A stretch of DNA of 64,000 nt from Eledone cirrhosa. Taxonomy: Eukaryota. Location of the stretch: NCBI GenBank assembly GCA_964016885.1, contig OZ024747.1:62868001-62932000 (forward strand), read 5' to 3'. The position numbers were made by a program, and so were the translations under genes. The notes under the pieces were generated by a model, which searched no databases, was not told the origin of the DNA, and was given only the letters and a program-made list of their open reading frames with translations. Shown one piece after another: positions 52,168 to 63,339 of this stretch (position 1 is its first letter; each line of letters starts with the position of its first letter).

Positions 52168-52476
52168 GAAAGATTTCCTGGTAGAAGTTCAGGTGTATTC
52201 AGTAATTGGTATCCAGTTTCGGGGTATCCAATTAGAAAATCCAACGAATCTTTAAGAGGGGTCCACGCAACCATTGATATATATATCTATATATGTAAAA
52301 TGCAAGCAGAAATGACAACGAAAGATTTCCTGGTAGAAGTTCAGGTGTATTCAGTGTTGGTATCCAGTGTTAGGGTATCCAATTAGAAAATCCAACGAAT
52401 TTTTGAGAGGGGTCCACGCAAGCATATATATAGATATATATATGTATATATGCAAAATGCAAGCAGAAATAACAAC
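52168..52476. repeat. Tandem duplication, ~152-157-bp unit x2
   Basis: gaaagatttcctggtagaagttcaggtgtattcagt..gaggggtccacgcaa..aaaatgcaagcagaaat.acaac starts at 52168 and 52320. Confidence 0.9.
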
Positions 52477-52718
52477 ACATATACTAATGAACATACATTA
52501 AACACAGAGGGACTGTAAATGATAATAGCAATATCTAGATATAAATATATAAATGTACATATCTCTATTGGTCTCATAAATTTTAAATTTTCTCTTTCCT
52601 CTTGTGTGTGTGTAGCAACACGTGGTTGTGTGTTGCTGCTGACTCTAGCAGAGCCCAAGAAAACACGTCTTGCCCTAACAGCCGCTGCTCCCTATATATC
52701 TTATTATATATCTTATAA

Positions 52719-54401
52719 CTGGATCAATCTAAGGCGTTCGATAGGGTCGACCATGGTTACCTGGATGCGGTGCTAGCGGCGGCAGGCTTCGGACCCGTTT
52801 TCAGGGGCTGGATCACTGCTATGCACAGCAGCCGCATCTGCTCTAGGGTCAAGGTGAACGGCTACCTCTCGGAGCCGTTCAAAATCGCGCGGTCCATCCG
52901 ACAAGGGTGCCCTCTCTCCTCCCTTCTGTATGTGTTGACTCTCGAGCCACTACTGCGGAAGTTGGAGTTGTTGCAGGGCATCCCTTTGGAACCGGGATTG
53001 CGGAAAGCGGTGTCGGCCTACGCCGATGACGTGACAGTAATGGTGTCGACGGCCTCCGAAATCGAGGCGGTCGGCACCTTACTGGAGGAGTACGAAAAGT
53101 TCACAGGGGCTAAGCTGAACCGGGACAAGTCGATCGGTTTGCAACTCGGCACGTGGAGGGGCAGACCGATGCCCTCCGATAGCGTCGTCGGACGCTGGAC
53201 GGAGGGCCCGGTGAAGTTGCTCGGGGTCTGGTTCGGACCGGACCTCCAGGTGGAGAAAAACTGGGCGGAGGTTACGAACAGGGTGTTTGCACTGACCCAG
53301 AAGTGGGCCAGTTGCAAACTATCCCTGAAAGGTCGGGCGGAGGTGGCGAACACCTACATAGCGTCCGTCATCTACTACCGCCTGACCGTAGTGCCCTGCC
53401 CAAGGGAAACCCTCACCAAGATGGAGCGCGCGCTCTTCCAATTCCTTTGGAAGAGGCGGGCTCCTATGGTGAGGAGATCCATCTGCTGTCAACACCCTTC
53501 GAAAGGAGGGCTGGGGATGCCGTGGCTAATGATGCGTAAACACGCATTAAGGCTACGGCACCTCTACGTATTCCTCACCGGACAACCGGTGTGGGCCTCG
53601 TTTGTGAGACGAACCTTTCCCAGACTCGTCTCACTCACCGAGCTGCAATCCTGGGTCAAGCAAAGACCGAGAAAACTGGGCGCCTGGCACACTGAGTGTG
53701 CCCAGGCGCTCACCGCCCTCTGGCAGGCGGATCCGGTTATCAGTGGAGACTCCACCGCAACATTCTATAGAGGGCTGGTACGCAGCAGGTGCGACGACGC
53801 CCTCGGAGAAGCCCTAGACATGGAGGAGGACGAACTGGCCAGCCTGTTCGGTAGGACATTCAGCCCGGGACCTATGGACAACTTCCAGAAGTCCCTGGCC
53901 TGGCAGTGCTACCGAGGGGCTTTACCCGTTCGAGAAAGGCTCTACAGACACGGGCGCCCGGGTAGGGACCCCGCCAAAAAGATCTGTCCCAGATGCGTGT
54001 GCGACGAGGAAACCGTTGCACACGCATTAGTACACTGCTCGGGCGTAGCCGATCTGTGGGGCTATGTCGAACAACTGCTGTCAAGGGGGGGACCGATCCG
54101 GTTGACCACCGAGTCTATTGTAATGATCAAGCCGCCTCCCCCCTTCAAAGATGAAGCAGAGGCGGTGTTTCTGTGCGTAATAGCCATGGCGAAAGAGGTT
54201 GTATGGTGGACGCGTCTGAAAGGACTGAGGTCGGGCACCTTTCTCTCTGGTCAACAACTGGTCCGTTTCTTCCGATATCATTTCGGAAGAAGGATCAGGA
54301 TGGAGAGAGAGGTGCTGCACCCCAGCCGTTTCTATGAAAGATGGGTGAAAGTGGCGAGAATGGCCCGTGTGAATGGGCCTTCACTCTACATCAGACTATA
54401 G
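52719..54401 (+). CDS. Truncated ORF2: RT C-terminal half plus CCHC zinc finger (no start codon, endonuclease missing)
   Basis: In frame LDQSKAFDRVDHGYL, SIRQGCPLSSLLY, AYADDV, KLLGV, LSLKGRA, GGLGM, CPRCVCDEETVAHALVHC; no internal stops. Confidence 0.9.
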   Translation: MDQSKAFDRVDHGYLDAVLAAAGFGPVFRGWITAMHSSRICSRVKVNGYLSEPFKIARSIRQGCPLSSLLYVLTLEPLLRKLELLQGIPLEPGLRKAVSAYADDVTVMVSTASEIEAVGTLLEEYEKFTGAKLNRDKSIGLQLGTWRGRPMPSDSVVGRWTEGPVKLLGVWFGPDLQVEKNWAEVTNRVFALTQKWASCKLSLKGRAEVANTYIASVIYYRLTVVPCPRETLTKMERALFQFLWKRRAPMVRRSICCQHPSKGGLGMPWLMMRKHALRLRHLYVFLTGQPVWASFVRRTFPRLVSLTELQSWVKQRPRKLGAWHTECAQALTALWQADPVISGDSTATFYRGLVRSRCDDALGEALDMEEDELASLFGRTFSPGPMDNFQKSLAWQCYRGALPVRERLYRHGRPGRDPAKKICPRCVCDEETVAHALVHCSGVADLWGYVEQLLSRGGPIRLTTESIVMIKPPPPFKDEAEAVFLCVIAMAKEVVWWTRLKGLRSGTFLSGQQLVRFFRYHFGRRIRMEREVLHPSRFYERWVKVARMARVNGPSLYIRL

Positions 54402-54665
54402 GTGAGGAAGATGAAAGACCAAGGGAGCACCCCTTCTCTGTGTTCCTGAGGAGAAGGGTTGCACACTTTTTTCGGGGGTGTGTGCGACCCCCCAAGGCGC
54501 CTCCTCTCTATTGAGGATTTTGTTAAAAATTTTATTTTTTGTTATATCTTATTTTATTTTTATATTTTGTTATTGCCTTCTCCTTATTGAGGACGCCTTT
54601 TTGTGAAAACTCCCCCCTTTGTACTTGTCCCACTTTTGATGCCCTAGTGGCAAATAAAAGAAATA
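52721..54665 (+). mobile_element. 5'-truncated L1/Tx1-type LINE, recent insertion
   Basis: 16-bp TSD tatatatcttataact (52705-52720 / 54666-54681), AATAAA plus short A-rich tail, GC- and CpG-rich relative to the flanks. Confidence 0.92.
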
Positions 54666-54853
54666 TATATATCTTATAACTATATATATATATATATATA
54701 TAGTTATAATTTGCTTACAAACCCCAAATTTAAGGGTTAAGGCATTTAATTACTAATAATTGCAACTGTATAATGGCTCTGCATGACCCTATCATAAAGT
54801 TTAATCAATAAATTTATGCTTTCACTCTAAGTGGGATCATCTGAAAGACACTC

Positions 54854-55465
54854 TCAGAGGTTCGTACTTAGGATGAAGTCTATTTTGCTTGTCTGCCCAC
54901 TGATTGGTAGGTAATAAGGTGGTTGGCTGGTCTTGAAGTTTATGTTACAGATCATTAAATCAGGACCATGACAGAACTCCAGAAGCCTAATCCCTTTCTC
55001 ATTTCTTGTGCTATATCTGTAGCTTCCATGTATGCCAGGGAATGTGTCATGATGTTTTCCAATATGTCCATTGAAGTCACCAGCTGTGATTATAAGATCA
55101 CTGTCATCTGTCATTGGTCCCTTTTATTCATTGGCATGCCTAGCTTGTGAGGCATATGCTGATAGTATAGTGTCTGCAGTATTGCCCAAGGCAATTATTC
55201 TATCATTTACTTTGACTACCTCAATTACCTGGTGTACCTATCTCTTAGTGAGGAGCATTCCTATTCTGTCCATCCCATTTTTACCACCCACCCAGAAGAA
55301 TTTGTACCAGTGTTCCTTATCTGTGATGAATCTGACCACACCACTGCACCACCTCATTTCTTGAACATAACACACATCTGCTTCTCTCCTCTCTAGCATC
55401 TCCTCAACATCACTGCATCTACCTCTTATTGTTCCGACATTTAATGTAGCAAATCTGAGGTCCTA
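54854..55465 (-). pseudogene. Decayed RTE endonuclease region
   Basis: Minus strand LRFATLNVGTIRGR.., AGDFNGHIG..RNEKGIRLLEFC..KIDFIL. Confidence 0.85.
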
Positions 55466-56118
55466 TGCTTGATGGGAAAGGGGCTGCATGACTGATGTAC
55501 TGGTATATATATAAATATAATTGTTTCTACTTTTGGCACAAGGCCAGCAATTACCCAGTACATTACTGGTACTTTATTTTATTGATCCCATAAGGATGAA
55601 AGGCAAAGTTAACCTCGGCAGGATTTATGCATGTATGTATGTATTTTGTTTTTTTGTGGGGTGGGGAGTGAGAGCCTCCTAGTTTTCGTTAAGACATCTC
55701 ACTATTTGAAGGTCACTCTGTTTTAAAACCTGCGACTTCGTTTGCATCCAATGATGTAGACCAGTTCTTCTTTTTGGGCAAATACTTTTGATGTTCAAAG
55801 AGTGGGACTGACATCGCGCAAAACCTTTCCTCACTTAAAAAAAGCTTCAAGCAAAGGCAGCACTTGACATGTGACATTCTTCACGATGCATGGCATTGCT
55901 GGCCATAGGCAAGTCCCTAGCAAGACTAAAACCCCACATCCATGATGCTCATGCTTAAGTATCAATGATGGCATTACTCGAAATTGAGTTGCAGCCATCA
56001 TCGTGTGTGTGTGTGTGTGTGTGTGTATATACATATATTTTTTATCATTGTATATATATATAAATATTTTATTTTTTTATCATTATATATAAATATATGT
56101 TGGCTTCTTGCTACAATA

Positions 56119-56484
<366 letters not shown>

Positions 56485-56486
56485 TG

Positions 56487-56672
56487 AAGGCGCATGGCTT
56501 AGTTGTTAGAGCATTGGCTTTGCAATCGAAAGGTAGTGAGTTCAATTCTCAGACCGGGTGATGTGTTGTTTCCTTGAGCAAGACAAGATCAGCCAACTGG
56601 GCACTGCCTACAACAGGACAACCCATCTAACCCGTGTTAGCGTGGAAGAACGGACGTAAAACGGTGATAATG
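56487..56672 (+). mobile_element. Family A SINE head joined to the alternative RTE-type tail (internal deletion)
   Basis: Head to ccttgagcaagaca, then aggacaacccatctaacccgtgttagcgtggaagaacggacgtaaaacggtgat. Confidence 0.8.
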
Positions 56673-56865
56673 ATATATATACTTCTTATCTTTTATAATG
56701 GAATGAGTAACTGGGCTAATAAGTATGTATTTACTTATTATACATCTGTTAATGCAAACATTAAATTAATTACTGTTGTGGCTTCTGGATTATTTGCTTC
56801 TCTCTCTGTATGTTTTTTACTTATCACCAATGAATGTTCTTCCAACACTCACATGAAATAATAAT

Positions 56866-57090
56866 GGTTTCTAGTTTAGGCACAAGGCAAACAATTTGGG
56901 TGGTGGGAGCAGTTGGCAGTTGATTAAATCAACCCCTGTGTGATACTGGTACTTTACTTTATCGACCCCATAGAGAGAAAAGGCAAAGATAACCTTGGTG
57001 GGATTTGAACTCAAAACGTAAAAGGCAGTAACTATATGCTGAAAAGTATGTTGTCCAATACTTCACTGACACTGCCAATCCACCGCCCCC
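56866..57090 (-). mobile_element. Family B SINE
   Basis: Same blocks as 35147-35362. Confidence 0.85.
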
Positions 57091-57184
57091 CTTCATGAAC
57101 AAAATAATAATACTAATAAATCGATGCACTGCCTTTTACCTATGTTTAAAAACGCTCTTCTTCACCATAAATATATATATACAC

Positions 57185-57357
57185 GAACGAGTAGGACCCC
57201 GACGGCTGAGCTCAAGCCGTCCAGAATTAGCTGTCAAAACGGCTTGAGCTCAGCCGTCGGGGTCCTACTCGTTCCTATTACCCACTCTACTACCCTAAGT
57301 ATTGAGTACTTTGGTGCATTATGGTCCATCTGGTTCCTTACCACATTTCCTTCGTTA
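57185..57357. mobile_element. Family F element collapsed to a perfect 36-bp-arm hairpin plus tail
   Basis: gaacgagtaggaccccgacggctgagctcaagccgt (57185-57220) / exact reverse complement (57239-57274), flanked by (TA)n. Confidence 0.85.
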
Positions 57358-57419
57358 TATATATATATTCATCATCATCATCATTTTACGTCCACATATT
57401 TATACACACTCATCTATAT

Positions 57420-57480
<61 letters not shown>

Positions 57481-57540
57481 AACATCTGTTAAAAAGAAAA
57501 GTATATATGTAAATATATACTTTTCTTTTTAACAGATGTT
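57481..57540. repeat. Perfect palindrome, 28-bp arms and 4-nt loop
   Basis: aacatctgttaaaaagaaaagtatatat-gtaa-atatatacttttctttttaacagatgtt. Confidence 0.9.
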
Positions 57541-57561
57541 TTATAACAAGAGAAAGTGATA

Positions 57562-57634
<73 letters not shown>

Positions 57635-60437
57635 GAATATTTATAAATTATTTTTCATTTGAAATTGTCAGATTTTACTTTTGTTTGTATGATTTGATTC
57701 CTATTCTACTTCTTGTTCTTCTTCCTATTCCTGTTTGCTGTTTTCTTATTCTGTGTATTCAACTTTTGTGATTAAGAAATCAAGAATGATGTTTCTTGAC
57801 AGTTTCGTCTATGGTTGCTCTTCAATAATCTCTGTGCTATGACATGTCCTTTTAGTTCTATCATGTCGTGGCAACCAACACTGTCTTTTCATGCCATACA
57901 CGATGGAAGGATCCATTCAATACCTTTCATACATAAACTACAAACTTCTCAAGATTCTCTCTAGAAATATCAGGACACAGTTTTGCCTTAGCAATAACTA
58001 AACTTTCTATGAGAATCACAAATGATAGATGCTGAGGAAATAACAAAAGGGAAATGTCTAAATCAAATGACAAGTGAGGGCTTCCATTGCTCTCTCTCTC
58101 TTTCTCTCTCTTTTCTCCCTCTCGCTTTTCTCTCTTTTTTTTTTCTTTCTCTCTCTTTTCTCCCTCTTGCTTTTCTCTCTTTTTTTTTTCTCTCTCTCTT
58201 TTCTTTCTCTGTTCTCTCACTTTCTTTATTTCTCTCTCTCTCTCTTTCTGTATTTCCAGCTCCATTTCTTTTCTCTTTCTTTCTCTCTCTCCTTCCCTCT
58301 CTCACATACATATACCACATAAATATTTAGCTATATCTACACATGTTAAAATACACATATATACTATCACAAATATATATTGAGATAGTTACCATATATA
58401 TTCGTATACTTTGCACCAAATAAATAAATAAATCACATATTACATACAGTTTTCACAATGTACGATATATTTTGAATCGAGATATTATAGGTCCAGTAGA
58501 TAATTCCTATCTCAATTTTATATACATTTACTGTGTACCATATATTTTGAACTGAAGTTTTGTTGAACCAGTAAGTAAGCTGTGTATTGGATTGTAACAT
58601 CATATTTTCATGCCAAAAGATATGACTTATACATATGAGAAATATATTTAGTCATTTCCTAAGTAAATATTTGTTATTTGCCTACTATCTTCATATGAAC
58701 ACATAATCTTTTATGTGTAGTGAAATCTGTCCACACCTTGACCCCAGGGTGACATTTAACGGTCATTTTCTGGGTTATCTCCTTATCTCCTTTCAGGCAT
58801 GAACACATCATAGAGTGAACAACCTCTAGAGGTCAGCCCTTTGTTCTCAAGGCTTGGGGACAGGAAGTGACAGAGATAAATAGCCTGCCTTGGATCAAAG
58901 CAGTTCAAAGCAGTTCTTGATAGATGTTGACTATTGCTTTCTACAGACCCCTTGGGGTCTTACAGACTCATACTTTCTCTTACTCTCTCACTTTTACTCA
59001 ATCTCTATCTCTTGGTCACTCTCCCAACCAAGCCAGTCTAGTTTTCTTGGTAAATACGACTTTAACTCCACCTTTACAAACAAATAACGTCCATAATTCT
59101 TGTGTAATTTTCATATAACTTCACCGTGAGCTATTTTCAATAAATTAATAATATAGCAGTTTGGTGTTATTGTGGTTCATTTATATAAATTCATTTTCTG
59201 CATGATCAAGGAACTATTATATCATCATATTGAACACTTACTCACTTACATGCACACATGCAACCTCTGGTCACACTGTATCACACAACATTGACCACAC
59301 GACACAGCAAGTTGCAAGTGAGTACACACACAACAAACGAATCAACACCACAACTCAATCAGCTACCCACACGACCAACAGATCATTGCTATATATGTAC
59401 TTACTTCTAATAAATTTACTACGATACCTTTATAATTATAATTATCAGGGAGGAAGAATAGATGAATATTTCATGAGAGTTTCTCAATAAAAAGCCACAG
59501 ATGTTTGCAGTGGTTATGGAGATGAAGAAGGACAAAGCAATGCTTATCTTATGCCACTGATGGACTAATTAGAGATTTATATATATAGTTTGAGAATGCA
59601 CTGAGTACATGCATCTCTCTCTCTCTCTCTTTTATATATATATATAGAGAGAGAGAGAGAAGGAGGGGCTGGTAGAATCTAGGAATGTATCTCATTGGAT
59701 TTAATGATAGCTATAATTTAGTAAAATTTACAGTGCTTCTCACATGCAGCTGAAGTTTCAAATGATGATTACTTCCATAGTTCTTCATCCCACAATACCA
59801 TTCGGCAGGTTGAATTTAATGGAGAATTTATGAAAATGTAATTTGTGATATGAGTAAGGTTAAAAGGTGAAACTGGTATAAGATATTTACCTGGTCAAGA
59901 ATTGTAGAAAAGTTTTGACATTGAAGAAATTTAAGAAGTAATTTATATGAAGAAGGTTGTTTGGGTTTCTAGTAGGAATATTGCTAAACTTAAGAAGAAT
60001 AAAGGTGGAGATGGTAATGTTTTACGTGTGTCAGGGGGAAGTGTGGGATGATATATATCTATATATTAATTTGAGTGACTTCCATCCGTCACACACTGTG
60101 TGTGTATGTGTTTGTGTGAATGTATGTGTGTGTAAAGGGGATGAAGAAAAATCTATAACAAAACAGTAGCTGGCATTCCATTTGCTACGCTGTGTGTGTG
60201 TGTGTGTTTGTGTAAATGTATGTGTGAGTTTGTGTGAATGTATGTTTGTGAGTGTCTATTTTTGTAAGTGTGTCTCTGTTTGCACGTTTATATTTATATA
60301 CTCATACATATAAATGTATGCATATGCACCTACACACCCATACACACTTATACACATATGCGTCAGCGTATTGAAAATGTGAGAAGCCCAAACCCCTCAA
60401 ATAACTGTAATGATAGTTTCTCACTATTAATAATAGA

Positions 60438-60621
60438 GTTTCTACTTTTGGCACAAGGCCAGCGATTAGCCCAGTGCATCACTGGTACTTTATTTTATCG
60501 ACCTCGTAAGGATGAAAGGCAAAGTTAACCGCAGTGGATTTGAACTCAGAACGCAAAGGCCCATAACTATGCTGCAAAGCATGGCATCCGACCCTCTACC
60601 GATACTGCCAAACCCCTGCCC
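60438..60621 (-). mobile_element. Family B SINE with 13-bp TSD
   Basis: tattaataataga at 60425-60437 and 60625-60637. Confidence 0.9.
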
Positions 60622-61077
60622 TGTTATTAATAATAGATGACAGATTCAGGTATAATACCCTAAAGATAGAAAAATGTGGCCAAATGTAATCACTTCTGTT
60701 GACTTTTCTCTGTCTCTAGGGGTATATATTCTCTCAACTATAATCCATTTCGATATTATTACAGTTATTATCTGTGATTCATCTCACATTTTTCAAATCT
60801 CTGTGCCTTGATAATATACATAATATCTACAGTAACTGTTTGTTTTTGTTTATATATATATATACAAGTGGAAGCTTAGTAAAATCGAAGCTTTGGCTGT
60901 GGTCAAGCAAAGTCGACCTACAATTAGGAATGAGTAGCAAAGCACTAAATAAGGGTAGGTCCTCAGAGTAATAACATTATGTTTAGATAGCTTGACAAAT
61001 TGAAAATTGTGGCAGGCAAAACCCAACCATACAATATCAAAACAATGAAAAAACTAATCAGGTTAGACAACTATATA

Positions 61078-61424
61078 TCATCATCATCATCATCATCATC
61101 ATTTTACGTCGGCTTTTCCCTGCTTGCAAGGGTGGGACGGGAACTGATACTGGCTTGATTTCTACAGCTGGATGCCCTTCCTAACACCAACCTCATTTAC
61201 AGTGAGTGCTGGGTGCTTTTTTGCCATGGCACCTCCACGACCACTTTGCAGTGGAATGATATGGACCCCAGTCCCTATCATCTCATTTCTACAGCTGAGT
61301 AAACTGGAGCAATGTGAAATAAAGTGTCTTGCTCAAGGAAACAACACATCACCCGGTCTGAGAATTGAACTCACAACCTTTCGATTGCAAGCCCAATGCT
61401 CTAACCACTAAGCCATGTGCCTCC
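61078..61424 (-). mobile_element. Family A SINE, full length, inserted in (TA)n
   Basis: Reverse complement of 246-587 with (ATG)n tail. Confidence 0.93.
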
Positions 61425-61440
61425 ACATATATATATATAT

Positions 61441-61558
61441 CATCCTCATCATCATACGTCCACTTTTCCCTGCTTGCAAGGGTGGAATGGGTCCTAGTAA
61501 GCATGGCATCTCTCCATTCATCAGGGTTCTTTGTCATCTCCTTAGTGAGCTTCAGCGA
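61441..61558 (-). mobile_element. Heavily 5'-truncated RTE 3' end
   Basis: Minus strand SLKLTKEMTKNPDEWRDAMLTRTHSTLASREKWT matches the last ~35 aa of the intact ORF. Confidence 0.85.
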
Positions 61559-61637
61559 TATATACAACCTACAATCTATATATGTATATGCTAACCCATG
61601 CTAGCGTGGAAAGTGGACGTTAAACGAAGATGATGAT

Positions 61638-61668
<31 letters not shown>

Positions 61669-62094
61669 CTGTAAAAATACCGTGTTTCTTTAGAAATACG
61701 AAATTTTTATACATAGCTGAATACAGCTATGACTGAAGCTAAATCCTAATTCTATTCTATTATCTGTTGAGCCAACTTATGCAGCTTCATATGCAAATGA
61801 GATTAATCACTTCCTTTACACAGACGAGAAAACTATATATTCTCAACTGTTTTCAAGTCCAGCAGTCGCAAGTGTGGGAGGGATCATCCTGATGAGGACC
61901 ATTTAAGTCTGAAATGCATCGACGATTGTCCCCCTTGCTTCTGCTGGACACCACCAGAAGGCATTAGCCCCATTGTTTTTTGCATAGCTACGGCTTTCTA
62001 AATGTTTATCTGGAAACATACCGTGTTTCTTTAGAAATATGAAATTTCTATACATATCTGTATACAACTATGCCTGAAGCTTAATTCTAATTCT
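61669..62094 (+). mobile_element. Retrozyme-like / Penelope pLTR-like element: 341-bp monomer with ~77-85-bp terminal direct repeat and a central hammerhead
   Basis: ataccgtgtttctttagaaata..ctgaagct..ctaattct at 61677-61753 and 62018-62094; microsatellite flanks. Confidence 0.8.
61883..61926 (+). ncRNA. Minimal type I hammerhead ribozyme
   Basis: atcatc CTGATGA ggac catttaa gtct GAA atgcat c gacgat; palindromic stem III atgcat, predicted cleavage after AUC at 61920; stem I extendable by gcaag/cttgc. Confidence 0.85.
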
Positions 62095-62300
62095 CTCTCT
62101 CTCTCTCTTTATATATATCTATCTATATATTTATATATATATATAAGCAAGATGTATGGTAGGTCGTATGTGAATCGCGATGATCACGCCTGACCTACCA
62201 AATATGCGACGGTAGCTAGTTAAGCTCTATGCGTATAAGCAGAGCAGAAATATTAATGAAAAAGAACAAAGGAACTATTATGACATTATAACAAGTTTAT

Positions 62301-62347
62301 TGCCGACAGCCGTTTCGTCCGACCCCATGGTGGGACTTTTCAAGGCA
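62301..62347 (-). ncRNA. Type I hammerhead ribozyme, U3-A8 variant
   Basis: Minus strand tgcc TTGAAAA gtcc caccatggggtc ggac GAA acggctgt c ggca; GUC cleavage triplet. Confidence 0.75.
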
Positions 62348-63156
62348 TATAACAGGTGATTGTAAGTTCATTATTTACATCAACGTTTCACTCAAGATTA
62401 GCAGTTTGAAATTGTGGTATACATCAGCAGCTCCGCTTGTATATTTGGGGTCTATATTCTAAGGGGGCTCTTTTATATTAGTTGTAGGAGTTGTAAACGG
62501 GATGGGTTATAGGGAGTTAAGAGAATTTGAAAAGGGCCTAAGAGTCAGGGATTGAAGGTTAAAAATTAGAGAATTTATAATTTTCACATTTAAAGTAAAA
62601 GACTTGGGATCTCGTAGAAGCACCTTAAAAAATCCCTCAATAAGTGCATAAAGCTTATAAGCCCCAATAAACCTAACAAATCAGAAGAGATTAAGAGACT
62701 AATAAAATAAAAAAAATAAAAATATAGAGTTTCCTAAAAAAATATAAAGTTTCCTAAATAATTCCTTCAAAAGAAAAAATTTTTTCTAAGAGATCACGTT
62801 AAAAAATTTCAGAAAATTTACGAAGTTTTGATAATCCCTACTAAAGTTCTAAACTCAGAAATTAAAAATTAAAAATTAGGGAAAAGAGCTTTCAATAAGA
62901 TTTCACAGGTTAATAAAGTTAATGATTTAGGGAGTACATATTATAAATATTAAGATTTAATTTAGGATTTGAATTTTAAGAGTTCCAAACCCCGAAAGTA
63001 AAAAATTTAATGAATTTAAGATTAAGCAATCTTATATATCCATGATTAAAAATTAACGATTAAGGGGTTGAACATTAAATTTAATTTTAAAAATTAAGAA
63101 ATAAATAGTTGAGTGAAACGTTGATGTAAATAATGAACTTACAATCACCTGTTATA

Positions 63157-63203
63157 TGCCTTGAAAAGTCCCACCATATGGTCGGACGAAAAGGCTGTCG
63201 GCA
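63157..63203 (+). ncRNA. Type I hammerhead ribozyme, U3-A8 variant, with a stem III mutation
   Basis: tgcc TTGAAAA gtcc caccatatggtc ggac GAA aaggctgt c ggca. Confidence 0.65.
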
Positions 63204-63267
63204 ATAAACTTGTTATAATGTCATAATAGTTCCTTTGTTCTTTTTCATTAATATATATATATATATA

Positions 63268-63339
<72 letters not shown>

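Larger units (their letters stand above)
62146..63253. mobile_element. Fold-back element with ~145-bp near-identical inverted arms, each carrying a variant hammerhead
   Basis: Arms 62251-62395 and 63109-63253, ~713-bp AT-rich spacer, structured one-sided tail 62146-62250, (TA)n on both sides. Confidence 0.85.

Noticed and set aside
55680-56005. Possible Tc1/mariner remnant
   Set aside because: Only a vague resemblance; no TIR pair or catalytic motif readable
57927-58383. Lys/Glu/Arg-rich and Phe/Ser/Leu-rich ORFs
   Set aside because: CT-rich low-complexity tract with short internal duplications
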